A stretch of DNA of 64,000 nucleotides from Candidatus Eiseniibacteriota bacterium (GTDB lineage: Bacteria; Eisenbacteria; RBG-16-71-46; CAIMUX01; VGJL01), in the NCBI GenBank assembly GCA_041946735.1, contig JBHGAY010000011.1:64001-128000 (forward strand), written 5' to 3'. A program made the translations under genes and the position numbers. Under the pieces are notes generated by a model, which did no database searches, was not told the DNA's origin, and saw nothing but the letters and a program-made list of their open reading frames with translations. Below, in pieces: positions 18,017 through 26,789 of this stretch. The number at the start of each line of letters is the position of its first letter. Position 1 is the first letter of the stretch.

Positions 18017-19150
18017 ATGCGAATCCAACCCGGTGCGTTACGGCTCCCGCCCCTTCTGGCGCTGGGGCCGCTTCTCCTGGCGCTTGCCGCCTCCCCGGCG
18101 ATCTCGTCGACCCTGACTCTTCAGCCGCTGCTCGAATCCGACACGGATCTGCTGCGCGTCGCTCCTCAAGAGGACGGAACGGCGGTCGTGCTCCGCGAGC
18201 GCGAGGTGGGGCTGGCGAGCCAGGGACCGTTCGTCGTTCGAGCCTCGGCGGGCGCGCAGCAGACCCTCACCATCGCCGACGAGGGCGGATGGATCGGTAT
18301 CGCGGACCATCGGCCAGGAGCGGCCGACTTCGCGCCGGTCGCGTCGTTCACGCTCCTCGCGCCGGATGGCAGGACGGCGTGGAGCCTCGGTGAGACCGAG
18401 GACGTCGCCTTCCTGATCAGCGGGCAAGGCCGGGTCGCCGGCCTGCAGTTGAACATCAACGTCCCCGATCGCAACCGCCTGCGCTTCTATGGAGACGGCG
18501 GCGAAGTGGTCGCCGATCTGCCTCTGCCGTATCTCGAGGGAGCCTCGTTCGATCCGTCCGGGCGGAGGCTGTTCGCTCTCAGCTCGCTCGACGGCCTGCA
18601 TGCCTTCACGGTCGACGGCGAGGAGCTGTGGAGCCTTCCCGGTGCGCGGATGTTCGCTCCCTCCGCGGGAGGGGACCTCGTCGCCGCGATCGCCGGCGAT
18701 GCTCTCGTCGTCGTTCGGGACGGCCGCCCCGACGCCCCGATCCCGCTCGACGGGCTGCTGGTGCGCCGGGTCGCCGTCGCGCCGGACGGCGGCCGGCTTG
18801 CGATCGCCGACAAGCATGAGATCCGCGTCTTCTCCGTGGGCGCCCGGATTCCCGAGTGGAACGTCGACCTCACGAGCGAGCGGCTCGCCGTGACCTCGCT
18901 CGATCTCGCGGATGGCCGCGGATGGTTGCTCGCCGGTCTCGCGCGCGACCTCGGTGAACAGGTGCCGATCCTCGAGCGCCATCCGAGCGGCGAGGTGCGC
19001 GCCTACGACGCGGACGGACGACTCGAGCACTCCGCGACGATGCCGTTCCCGATCTGGAACATCTGGACCCCGACGGCGAGGATCGATCGCTCCGGGCATG
19101 CGGCCACCATCACGACCCGGCGTTCCGTATACCGGGTCGCATTGCCGTAG
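18017..19150 (+). CDS. Secreted beta-propeller (WD40-like) hypothetical protein
   Basis: Signal peptide; FDPSGRRL, VAPDGGRLA and IDRSG turn motifs; GGAGG RBS. Confidence 0.65.
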   Translation: MRIQPGALRLPPLLALGPLLLALAASPAISSTLTLQPLLESDTDLLRVAPQEDGTAVVLREREVGLASQGPFVVRASAGAQQTLTIADEGGWIGIADHRPGAADFAPVASFTLLAPDGRTAWSLGETEDVAFLISGQGRVAGLQLNINVPDRNRLRFYGDGGEVVADLPLPYLEGASFDPSGRRLFALSSLDGLHAFTVDGEELWSLPGARMFAPSAGGDLVAAIAGDALVVVRDGRPDAPIPLDGLLVRRVAVAPDGGRLAIADKHEIRVFSVGARIPEWNVDLTSERLAVTSLDLADGRGWLLAGLARDLGEQVPILERHPSGEVRAYDADGRLEHSATMPFPIWNIWTPTARIDRSGHAATITTRRSVYRVALP

Positions 19151-19161
19151 GGGAGGTAACG

Positions 19162-20790
19162 ATGAGCAGCAAGATCGTCATGCGCGGGCTCCTGCTTGGC
19201 GCCCTGTTCGCGGCGCTGGCCGTTTCTGTCCCCGCGGCCGAGCCTTGGCCGTACCAGCCGTTCGACGAGACGCACGGCCTGGGGAACCACTTCGGAGAGT
19301 TCCAGAACTACGGCGGGGCCCCCTACTACCATGATGGGATCGATCTCGTGACGCCGACCGGTCCAGTGCAGACCTTCTCGGTCTCCGACGGGACGCTCAC
19401 GCACATCACGTACAACCAGCCGATGTACAGCGGCCTGATGATCGGCCCGCCGGTATCGGGGGGCGAAGGCTGGCTCTACTGGCACATCAACGCGACCACG
19501 ATGCAGTTCGATATCGGCGACCTCGTGCAGACGAACGATTACATCGGCACCACGGCGAACTGGCCGGTCGCGCAGTTCCATCACTGCCACTTCAACAGGG
19601 TGCGCGGAACGGGCGGCTATCCGTGGGGCTGGTACGAGGCGATCGACAATCCCCTCTTGTTCATGGAGCCGAACACGGATCCTGACGCGCCGGTCTTCGA
19701 GATCGCGTACAACGGGAAGGTCTTCGCATTCGTGAACAACGGGACGACCACGATCCAGGATCCGACCGCGCTCACCGGCAGCGTCGACATCGTGGCGCGG
19801 ATCAAGGACATCGTCGGAATGCCGCAGTGGGCGCTGAACGCGTGGAAGATCGATTACTGGATCGATGGCGCCACGCAGGACGTCCCGGTGACGAACAGCG
19901 TCACCTTCTCCGGGCATATCCCTCCGGACGGGACGGTCGGCGTGATCTACTCGCTGAATGCTCCGCTGAGGACGTTCGGCGATTACGATGCGCGGATCTT
20001 CTACATGATCGTCACCAACACCGATGGAGACGGGTTCGTGGAGTCCTCAGACGCGAACGCGAGCTGGCAGACGGCGAACTTCGCGGCTGGAGACTACTGG
20101 GTCTACGTCCGGGCTGCCGACATCGGCGGGAATGTCGTCACCGACAGCATGATGGTGACGGTCGCGGGGCCGGTCCTTCCCGAGATCAACCTGCCGGAGG
20201 CCTCTCACGACTACGGGCAGGTCCCGACCGATCAAGAGGTGGTCTGGCCGCTGCGGATCCAGAACCTCGGGACGAGCTGGCTGTCGATTCGCGAGGTGGT
20301 CCCGACGAACGAGTTCTTCCGCGTCGACCGCTCGCACTTCTGGGTCGCTCCTCAGGGCGAGGAGATCGTGAACGTCACCTTCGCTCCCGATCGCGAGCAG
20401 CTCTACTTCGGCGGCGTCCGCGTGCGATCCAACGATGCGGACGAGGGGGAGATCGTCGTGAGCTTGCGCGGCGAGGGAGTGGCGCCGGCCGCCGCGCCCG
20501 ATGCCGGGGCGCAGGCGGGCTTCGGGATCCGCGGGATCCGGATGGCCGGGCGGACCGGTCTCGAAGTCCTCTTCGCGCTGGACCAGGCGGGCGACGCCTC
20601 GCTGGAGATCTACGACGTCGCCGGCCGGCGGGTGCGCGCGCTTCCGCTGCGCGGGCTTGCGGCAGGAGCCGGGAGCGCCCTGTGGGACGGTCTCGATGCG
20701 GCGGGCCGGACGATGCCGAGCGCGGTGTACTTCGTGAGGCTCCAGGCAGGCGGAAAGGAGGCGAAGGCGAGCGCCGTCCTGCTCCGGTGA
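19162..20790 (+). CDS. Secreted M23-like metallopeptidase with Ig-like domains and FlgD-Ig C-terminal domain
   Basis: Signal peptide; YHDGID (HxxxD) and HHCHF (HxH); DYGQV...IQNLG...VTFAP...SND Ig domain; IYDVAGRRVR...WDGLD..GR..PSAVYFVRL. Confidence 0.72.
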   Translation: MSSKIVMRGLLLGALFAALAVSVPAAEPWPYQPFDETHGLGNHFGEFQNYGGAPYYHDGIDLVTPTGPVQTFSVSDGTLTHITYNQPMYSGLMIGPPVSGGEGWLYWHINATTMQFDIGDLVQTNDYIGTTANWPVAQFHHCHFNRVRGTGGYPWGWYEAIDNPLLFMEPNTDPDAPVFEIAYNGKVFAFVNNGTTTIQDPTALTGSVDIVARIKDIVGMPQWALNAWKIDYWIDGATQDVPVTNSVTFSGHIPPDGTVGVIYSLNAPLRTFGDYDARIFYMIVTNTDGDGFVESSDANASWQTANFAAGDYWVYVRAADIGGNVVTDSMMVTVAGPVLPEINLPEASHDYGQVPTDQEVVWPLRIQNLGTSWLSIREVVPTNEFFRVDRSHFWVAPQGEEIVNVTFAPDREQLYFGGVRVRSNDADEGEIVVSLRGEGVAPAAAPDAGAQAGFGIRGIRMAGRTGLEVLFALDQAGDASLEIYDVAGRRVRALPLRGLAAGAGSALWDGLDAAGRTMPSAVYFVRLQAGGKEAKASAVLLR

Positions 20791-20969
20791 TGCGTCGATG
20801 CGCCGGGCCGCCGTCGCGACGCCGCTGCCTCCGGCGCCGCGCGCCGCCTCTGGCGCTGCGCTCCGCTCCTCCTGAAGGGGAGCGGAGCGCTTTTGTCTTC
20901 GCGGATGGCGCGGCACGTTGCCGCCGCCGGGGCGCCCGGCTATCCTCGCGGATCAAGGAGGAAGCCGGA

Positions 20970-21656
20970 GTGATCGCGAGCCGGAAGGAGCCGAAGCGCT
21001 GCGCCTGGTCCGGGACCGATCCGCTCTACGTCGCATACCACGACGAGGAGTGGGGCGTCCCCGTGCACGACGACCGCACCCATTTCGAGTTCCTCGTCCT
21101 CGACGGAGCGCAGGCGGGCCTCTCGTGGCTGACGATCCTCCGCAAGAGAGAGGCGTATCGCAAGGCGTTCGCGGACTTCGACCCGGCGCGGGTCGCGCGC
21201 TTCACGGACGCCCGGATCGAGAGGCTGCTCCAGAATCCCGGGATCGTGCGCAACAGGAGCAAGGTCACGGCGGCGATCGCCAACGCCCGCTCCTTCCTCG
21301 AGGTCCAGCGGGAGTTCGGCAGCTTCGATCGCTACATCTGGGACTTCGTCGGGGGGAAGACGCGGAACGACCGGCGGCGGGAGATGGGGGAGATTCCTGC
21401 CAAAACCGAGGAGTCGATCGCGATGAGCAGGGATCTGGAGAAGCGCGGGTTCCGATTCGTCGGCCCTACGATCTGCTACGCCTACATGCAGGCGGCGGGT
21501 CTCGTGAACGATCACGTCGTCGATTGCTTCCGCCACCGGGAAGTCGCCGCGCTCTCGCGTGTCGCGGGGAGCGGGAAGCGGTCTGGGGACGGGGGCGAAG
21601 CGCCGGAAGGGGGCCGCGGCGCAACGAAGTCCTCCGGCGGAAGGAAGGGGCCGTAG
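20970..21656 (+). CDS. tag: DNA-3-methyladenine glycosylase I
   Basis: RCAW, YHDEEWGVP, QAGLSWLTILRKRE, GFRFVGPTICYAYMQAAGLVNDH. Confidence 0.95.
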   Translation: MIASRKEPKRCAWSGTDPLYVAYHDEEWGVPVHDDRTHFEFLVLDGAQAGLSWLTILRKREAYRKAFADFDPARVARFTDARIERLLQNPGIVRNRSKVTAAIANARSFLEVQREFGSFDRYIWDFVGGKTRNDRRREMGEIPAKTEESIAMSRDLEKRGFRFVGPTICYAYMQAAGLVNDHVVDCFRHREVAALSRVAGSGKRSGDGGEAPEGGRGATKSSGGRKGP

Positions 21657-21953
21657 ATGCCGATCTGCTGGTCGTGCCGCGCCGAGCTCCCTTACCCGCG
21701 GTATGCCGCAGTCCCGCGCGAGGGGGAATGTCCGGGCTGCCGCAAGGACCTTCACGCCTGCCGCAACTGCCGGCATTACGATCCCGGGGTGAACAATCGA
21801 TGTCGCGAGCCCAACGCCGAGTGGGTGACCGATCGCGAGAGAGCGAACTTCTGCGAGCTGTTCCAGCTCGCCGAGACGCCGCTCGGTCTCGCCGGTCCGG
21901 ACCGCTCCGCCGAGGCGCGCCGCAAGCTCGACGATCTGTTCCGCAAGGACTGA
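21657..21953 (+). CDS. Small Cys-rich zinc-ribbon hypothetical protein
   Basis: CWSC, CPGC, HACRNCRHYD, CREP, ANFCELF; directly abuts tag. Confidence 0.8.
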   Translation: MPICWSCRAELPYPRYAAVPREGECPGCRKDLHACRNCRHYDPGVNNRCREPNAEWVTDRERANFCELFQLAETPLGLAGPDRSAEARRKLDDLFRKD

Positions 21954-21972
21954 CCGCGCTCCGGGGCGATCT

Positions 21973-22836
21973 GTGGGGCTCAAAGCCGACTACTACCGAT
22001 TCCTGACCAGGCAAGGGCCGGCCGACTTCTCGCGCGGCATCCCGTATGCGCGGTGCGTCGAGTATCCCGAGGTCGTCCGCCGCCTCGCTCTCGTGCCGGA
22101 GGACCGGCTGCTCGACGTCGGCAGCCGCTACGCGCCGCTGCCGCAAGTGCTGGCGTTGCGCTACCGGTGCAGCGTCGTCGCCGTCGATCCGGAACCGGAC
22201 TTCGCGGAGCGCCAGACGGCGATGGCGCGGCGCGTGCCGGAGGCGAGGCGGCTGATGGAGGAGGGAAGGCTCCGGTTTCTCGTGCGCGATGCGGCCGGCC
22301 TTCCGTTCGAGGACGGGCATTTCACGAAGATCTCGGCGATCAGCGTCGTCGAGCACATCGCCGACGAGCGGCCGGTGATCCGCGAGCTGGCGCGCGTGCT
22401 CGCTCCGGGCGGGCGTCTCGTTCTGTCCGTCCCTTACGATCCCTACCGGGACGAGCCGAAGTACTACCGGAGCAGCGTCTATGTGAAAGGGAGGCGGCCG
22501 GCCGAGGAGTTCTACCAGCGCTTCTACAACGATCGCAACCTGGAGGAGCGGCTCGTGGAGCCGAGCGGGCTCCGTCCCCTCTCGATCGATCGGTTCGGGG
22601 AGGCCGCCTTCAACGCGCACAATCGGATTTACGGCAACGCAAAGATCCCCTGGCCGGTGCGGCGCCTCTTCTTCCAACCGTTCGCCCCGATCCTCGCCCC
22701 GCTTCTGATCCGGCCGCTCGCGCCCGAGCGCTTCCGGCGCAAGACGAAGATGTACACGGCCGACATGGCGATCCTCGTTCTCGAGAAGCCCGGCCCGGGG
22801 AACGAGGCGCGCCCGCCGCGGTCAGCCGCCAGCTAG
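21973..22836 (+). CDS. Class I SAM-dependent methyltransferase
   Basis: LLDVGS, DAAGLPFEDGHF, SVVEHI, RELARVLAPGGRLVLSVP. Confidence 0.88.
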   Translation: MGLKADYYRFLTRQGPADFSRGIPYARCVEYPEVVRRLALVPEDRLLDVGSRYAPLPQVLALRYRCSVVAVDPEPDFAERQTAMARRVPEARRLMEEGRLRFLVRDAAGLPFEDGHFTKISAISVVEHIADERPVIRELARVLAPGGRLVLSVPYDPYRDEPKYYRSSVYVKGRRPAEEFYQRFYNDRNLEERLVEPSGLRPLSIDRFGEAAFNAHNRIYGNAKIPWPVRRLFFQPFAPILAPLLIRPLAPERFRRKTKMYTADMAILVLEKPGPGNEARPPRSAAS

Positions 22837-24635
22837 TGTAGGACGACGATCTTGACGGAACCGGCCGGTCCGCCGGCAGGTCCGCGTCCACCCCACGAGC
22901 TGCCGGCGACTCCGCCCCGCGGGCTGCCGCTGGCTCCGTCCCCGGCTCCGTCCCCTGCGCCGCCGCCCGCTTCCTCCATCGCATCGGCGCGGACGAAGTA
23001 GACGCCAGCCGGGAGCCTGCGCCCCTCAGGGTCGGTTCCGTCCCACTCATAGAGCGCGCGCTCCCCGGACGCGGAGGCGAGAGGAAAGACGCTCGCCACC
23101 ACACGGCCGGCGGCGTTGTGGATCGAAAGCGCCGGGGCGGTCCTCGCTCCGGCCCCGGCTCCCGTCTCGCCTTCCGGCTCGGGCGCCTGCCAGACGATCC
23201 GAGCGGGAAGCGTGCCCGGCCCCGTGAGAAGGCGCAACTCTCCGCGGCGTGCCGACTCCTCGGGAGGGGCCGGCGCGCGCGCGTCCATCGGCTCGCGGTG
23301 GAACCGTCCGACCAGAAGGCCGAAGTCGATCTCCGAAGCGATGAAGATGTCGGAGCGGAAGAAGGGATCGATGTAGGGGATGCCGTGGCAGTGGGCGTCG
23401 GCGCCGAGCGTCGGATCGCAGCAGGCGTCGCCCGGGCGCGAGGACCAGCGGGCCGGATGCTCGTAATACCCGACGCGCTGCGGATGCGCCGGGTCGCTCA
23501 CGTCGAACACCTGGATCCCCTTGTTGTACCAGGCGCCATAGGCGATCGAGTCGCGGACATAGACATTGTGGACCGAATGGCAGGTTTGATCCGGCCAGAT
23601 CTCCGCCACCTGCTGCGGCGAGGCGAGATCGGCGATGTTCCAGACCCGTACGTGACCGTTCGTCTTCTCGTCGCACGTGAGCAGATACGAAGGGTCCTCC
23701 AGGCGCCAGGCGGAGTGGGCGTGCAGATCGGGGCCGTCATGGCGGAATGACGCGACCAACGCCGGCGTCTGTCCGTCCCCGCACTCTCCCGGAGAGGACG
23801 GACAAAGCGGATCGCCGTCGAGAATGTCCCAGCGCGGCGGCTGCGCCCTGGAGCGGGAGACGTAGAGGACGCCGTCGCGCGCGTGCACGTCGTGCGCATA
23901 GTAGCTATCGCCGGCGGGGCCGGTGTGCTCGTGGCAGAGCCAGCGAGGGTGGGCGGGGTCCGGCTCCAGATCGAACATCTGGATGCCTTCGCCGCAGCGA
24001 ATACCGGTGACATAGAGGATCCCGCGCTCGTCGATGAAGATCGTCTCGATCTCCGCCTGCGAGGGATCGTCGCACGGATGCCCGCACGAGCACGCGCAGA
24101 ACTCGTTTTGCGGAATGGTCCCGACGACGAGCGGGTCCTGCGGGTTCGCCATGTCGACGATCACGATCGGGCCGTGTCGCGAGGCGGCGTAGACGTAGTG
24201 ATCGTAGACGTCCACGTGGACGTAATAGTGCGTCGCGGGATCGGTCGCCGGTGGGATCGAACGGACGCGCCGCGGATGCGTGGGATCGGCGAGATCGACG
24301 ACGTGCAAGGAATCAGCGCCGAGGATCGCGTATTCGTGGCCGCCGGGCGCGACGTAGGCGCAGCAGCTCCAGATGCCGGTCGCCGACACGACCGGGTAGC
24401 TGCCGAGGATCGAGACGTAGAGGCTGTCCGCGCCGGTCGGGTCCCAGGGCGCGGGCGGCGTGGCCGGACGGGATGCGGCGGTCTCCGTCGCCACAGTCCC
24501 GACCGCCACGGCGGGGGTCGCGGACAGCAGCAGCGCGGCGAACCAGCTTGCGAGGCGGGCGGCCGGCGGCCGGCGTGAAGGGGCCTGGGTCCCAGCGAGG
24601 CGGAAGCGGAAGCGAAGGCGCGAGCGCGAGCGCAT
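22833..24635 (-). CDS. Secreted choice-of-anchor B / LVIVD-repeat protein with FlgD-Ig C-terminal domain
   Basis: GHEYAILG, VVDLADP, YAHDVHA, HAHSAW, TCDE, SVHNVYV, AWYNKGIQVFDVSDP; WDGTD..GRRLPAGVYFVR. Confidence 0.8.
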   Translation of the reverse strand: MRSRSRLRFRFRLAGTQAPSRRPPAARLASWFAALLLSATPAVAVGTVATETAASRPATPPAPWDPTGADSLYVSILGSYPVVSATGIWSCCAYVAPGGHEYAILGADSLHVVDLADPTHPRRVRSIPPATDPATHYYVHVDVYDHYVYAASRHGPIVIVDMANPQDPLVVGTIPQNEFCACSCGHPCDDPSQAEIETIFIDERGILYVTGIRCGEGIQMFDLEPDPAHPRWLCHEHTGPAGDSYYAHDVHARDGVLYVSRSRAQPPRWDILDGDPLCPSSPGECGDGQTPALVASFRHDGPDLHAHSAWRLEDPSYLLTCDEKTNGHVRVWNIADLASPQQVAEIWPDQTCHSVHNVYVRDSIAYGAWYNKGIQVFDVSDPAHPQRVGYYEHPARWSSRPGDACCDPTLGADAHCHGIPYIDPFFRSDIFIASEIDFGLLVGRFHREPMDARAPAPPEESARRGELRLLTGPGTLPARIVWQAPEPEGETGAGAGARTAPALSIHNAAGRVVASVFPLASASGERALYEWDGTDPEGRRLPAGVYFVRADAMEEAGGGAGDGAGDGASGSPRGGVAGSSWGGRGPAGGPAGSVKIVVLH

Positions 24636-24705
24636 GATCGTCCTCCTCTGCCGGCCCGCGCCGCCCCTGGACGCCGCGACGGCGTCCCTCGCGTGACCGG
24701 CTCTC

Positions 24706-25452
24706 TTACTTTCCGGCGGCGCTCTTCCTGTGGTCCATCAACCCGCCCCACCAGTCCTTGTAGAGGAAGCAGTCATCCGGAGCGCCGAGCATCTGGCGAA
24801 AGCGGGCCGGAGACACCGTGAAGGTGAGGATCTCCGGCGGGAGGTACTTGCGCATCGCGATGTCGGTCGCCCCGATGACCGGGTGGTCCTCCCCATCGTA
24901 GAAGACCTCGCGCCACAGGTGCCCGCATCCCGAGCTGAACGGGGCCGATACGAGACGCGTGTCCGGCGACCAATAGCCGGCGAGCGTCATCAGCGCGCCG
25001 AGGCGATCCGGATCGACGAGGAACGTGACCGTCCGCACCGCATCCCATTTCTCGGGACGGAGCGGTCCGAGCAGCACAGTCTCTCCGCGGACCGCAGGTG
25101 GCACGGCGCGGTCGAGGAATGCCTGCGCGATCTCCGCCGAGGCGCGAAGCCCCTCGCCCGGCGGGGCCCCCACTCCGTCGGTCAGGAAGTGCGCCATCGT
25201 GTCCGGATAGCTCTTCTGCAACCCGAGCGCCCGTTGGGCGCCCGGGCAGCCGAACGATCCCTTGCGAATCACCGCCGTCTCGCCGGCGATCCAGCGATCG
25301 TAATAGGCGAAGCAGCAAGCGTGCCCCTTCACTTCGATGCACGGCGCGAACCCGTCGTCCGGCTCCGTGTCGTAGACCGCCAGGATCGGCGTCGTCAGGC
25401 GCAGGCTCTTCCTAAGGCGCTCGATGCTCGGGCCGTCGATTCCGCTTTGCAT
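24706..25452 (-). CDS. DUF169 family protein
   Basis: CCF, GCPGA, PDRLGAL, APFSSGC, IGATDIAMR; GGAGG RBS before ATG 25452. Confidence 0.75.
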   Translation of the reverse strand: MQSGIDGPSIERLRKSLRLTTPILAVYDTEPDDGFAPCIEVKGHACCFAYYDRWIAGETAVIRKGSFGCPGAQRALGLQKSYPDTMAHFLTDGVGAPPGEGLRASAEIAQAFLDRAVPPAVRGETVLLGPLRPEKWDAVRTVTFLVDPDRLGALMTLAGYWSPDTRLVSAPFSSGCGHLWREVFYDGEDHPVIGATDIAMRKYLPPEILTFTVSPARFRQMLGAPDDCFLYKDWWGGLMDHRKSAAGK

Positions 25453-25802
25453 GACCGGTCCCTCCTCCTCCTCGTCGATCCCTCTCCTCGTCCATCCCTG
25501 CGACCGGGCCGTCGCCCCGGCCGTTCGTCTCGCCGTCCACCGGAAGGCGGATCTCTGTCGGTCTCGCGTCTGTCCACTGTTGCGTGCGTGCCCCGTCGTT
25601 ACATCGAGCCGACCAGGCGACGGTAGCGCAGGGGCCGGGCGACGGTCCATCGGACGGCGCCGGCGCCGGCGCTGGCGCCTTTGCGCCGCCATCGCCCGGA
25701 CGCCTGCCACCGCATCTGGGTGGACCCGCGCGCGCGGATTCCTTTCTCGCGACTCGGAGATCGCGCGATAATCCGGCGTCCGCGACGCAGAGGAGGGGAC
25801 GA

Positions 25803-26195
25803 ATGGAGAGGATCTTCTTCGGGCTCGGCTGCCTGTCGGCCGGCATCGGTGTGGCGATGGGAGCATTCGGCGCGCACGCGTGGAAGGAGAGGCTCGGTCC
25901 CGTCCTCGGAGCGACGTTCGAGACGGCCGCCCGCTACCAGCTGATCCATGCTTTGGCGCTTCTCGCGGTCGGGCTAGCTCTCGCCTCCGGGCGGTTCGGT
26001 CCGCAAGCGCGACTGGTCGCGTCCGGATGGCTCTTCGTGGCGGGAACGGTCCTCTTCTGCGGGAGCCTCTACCTGCTCTCGATGACCGGCTCGCGCTGGC
26101 TCGGCGCCATCACCCCGCTGGGCGGCCTCTGCTTCCTGGCCGGGTGGGCGATCCTCGCCTGGAGCGCCCTCTCGGGCGGCGCGCCGTCCCGCTGA
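25803..26195 (+). CDS. DUF423 (YgdD/TMEM256) membrane protein
   Basis: GAFGAH, ETAARYQLIHAL, GTVLFCGSLY, GAITPLGG. Confidence 0.92.
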   Translation: MERIFFGLGCLSAGIGVAMGAFGAHAWKERLGPVLGATFETAARYQLIHALALLAVGLALASGRFGPQARLVASGWLFVAGTVLFCGSLYLLSMTGSRWLGAITPLGGLCFLAGWAILAWSALSGGAPSR

Positions 26196-26237
26196 GGACG
26201 TGACGACCCCGCCGCCCGAGCCGCGGGCGAATCGGGG

Positions 26238-26732
26238 TCAGCGCAAGAGCGATTCGATCACCGCCCGGTGTTGCGGGAACTTGCGGATCAGCTCCTCCCG
26301 CTCCGCGAGCTCGAAGTCCATAGGATCGAACCCGGGCGAGGTCGTGCAGCCGACGAGCGCCCAATCGCCGCCCTCGGCAATGCGCGCGGCGAACCAGAGC
26401 CCGGCCTCGACGACGACGATCAACGACTCGCCGGCGTCGATGTTCGGGCCGAGACGCCTCTTCTCCAGCGTTCCGTTCGGGTGCAGCACATGGAGGACGA
26501 TCGGGTCGCCGCGGTAGAAGTGCCAGATCTCGTCGGACGCCAGCCGGTGGAACGTCGAGAAGGTGGTGCGGTCGAGAAGGTAGTAGATCGCAGTCGCGAT
26601 CGATCGCGTCCCTTCGAGCTTCCCGGGATGCTTGTCGATGGTCAGCCGGGAGCGATACACCTCGCGGAACCATCCCCCCTCGGGATGCGGAAGGAGCTGG
26701 AGCGAGTCCATCCACTTCTTGGCGCTTTCCAT
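26238..26732 (-). CDS. Cupin_5 (DUF985) family protein
   Basis: PHPEGGWFRE, TAIYYLL, FHRLASDEIWHFY, LVGCTTSPGFD. Confidence 0.92.
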   Translation of the reverse strand: MESAKKWMDSLQLLPHPEGGWFREVYRSRLTIDKHPGKLEGTRSIATAIYYLLDRTTFSTFHRLASDEIWHFYRGDPIVLHVLHPNGTLEKRRLGPNIDAGESLIVVVEAGLWFAARIAEGGDWALVGCTTSPGFDPMDFELAEREELIRKFPQHRAVIESLLR

Positions 26733-26789
26733 GAGCCTCCTCCTGTCTGCCGCAACTTCTCCCCGTAGGGATGGCGAAAGGTCCCGACC

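Noticed and set aside
17179..18018. ORF with His-rich HTHRQTHAHSHSHAHAHAH stretch
   Set aside because: Arises from the hexamer/dinucleotide tract and overlaps the lipoprotein gene out of frame; no other coding support.
19827..20969. Long N-terminal extension on tag
   Set aside because: Out-of-frame overlap with the M23 gene; Tag homology starts near GTG 20970.
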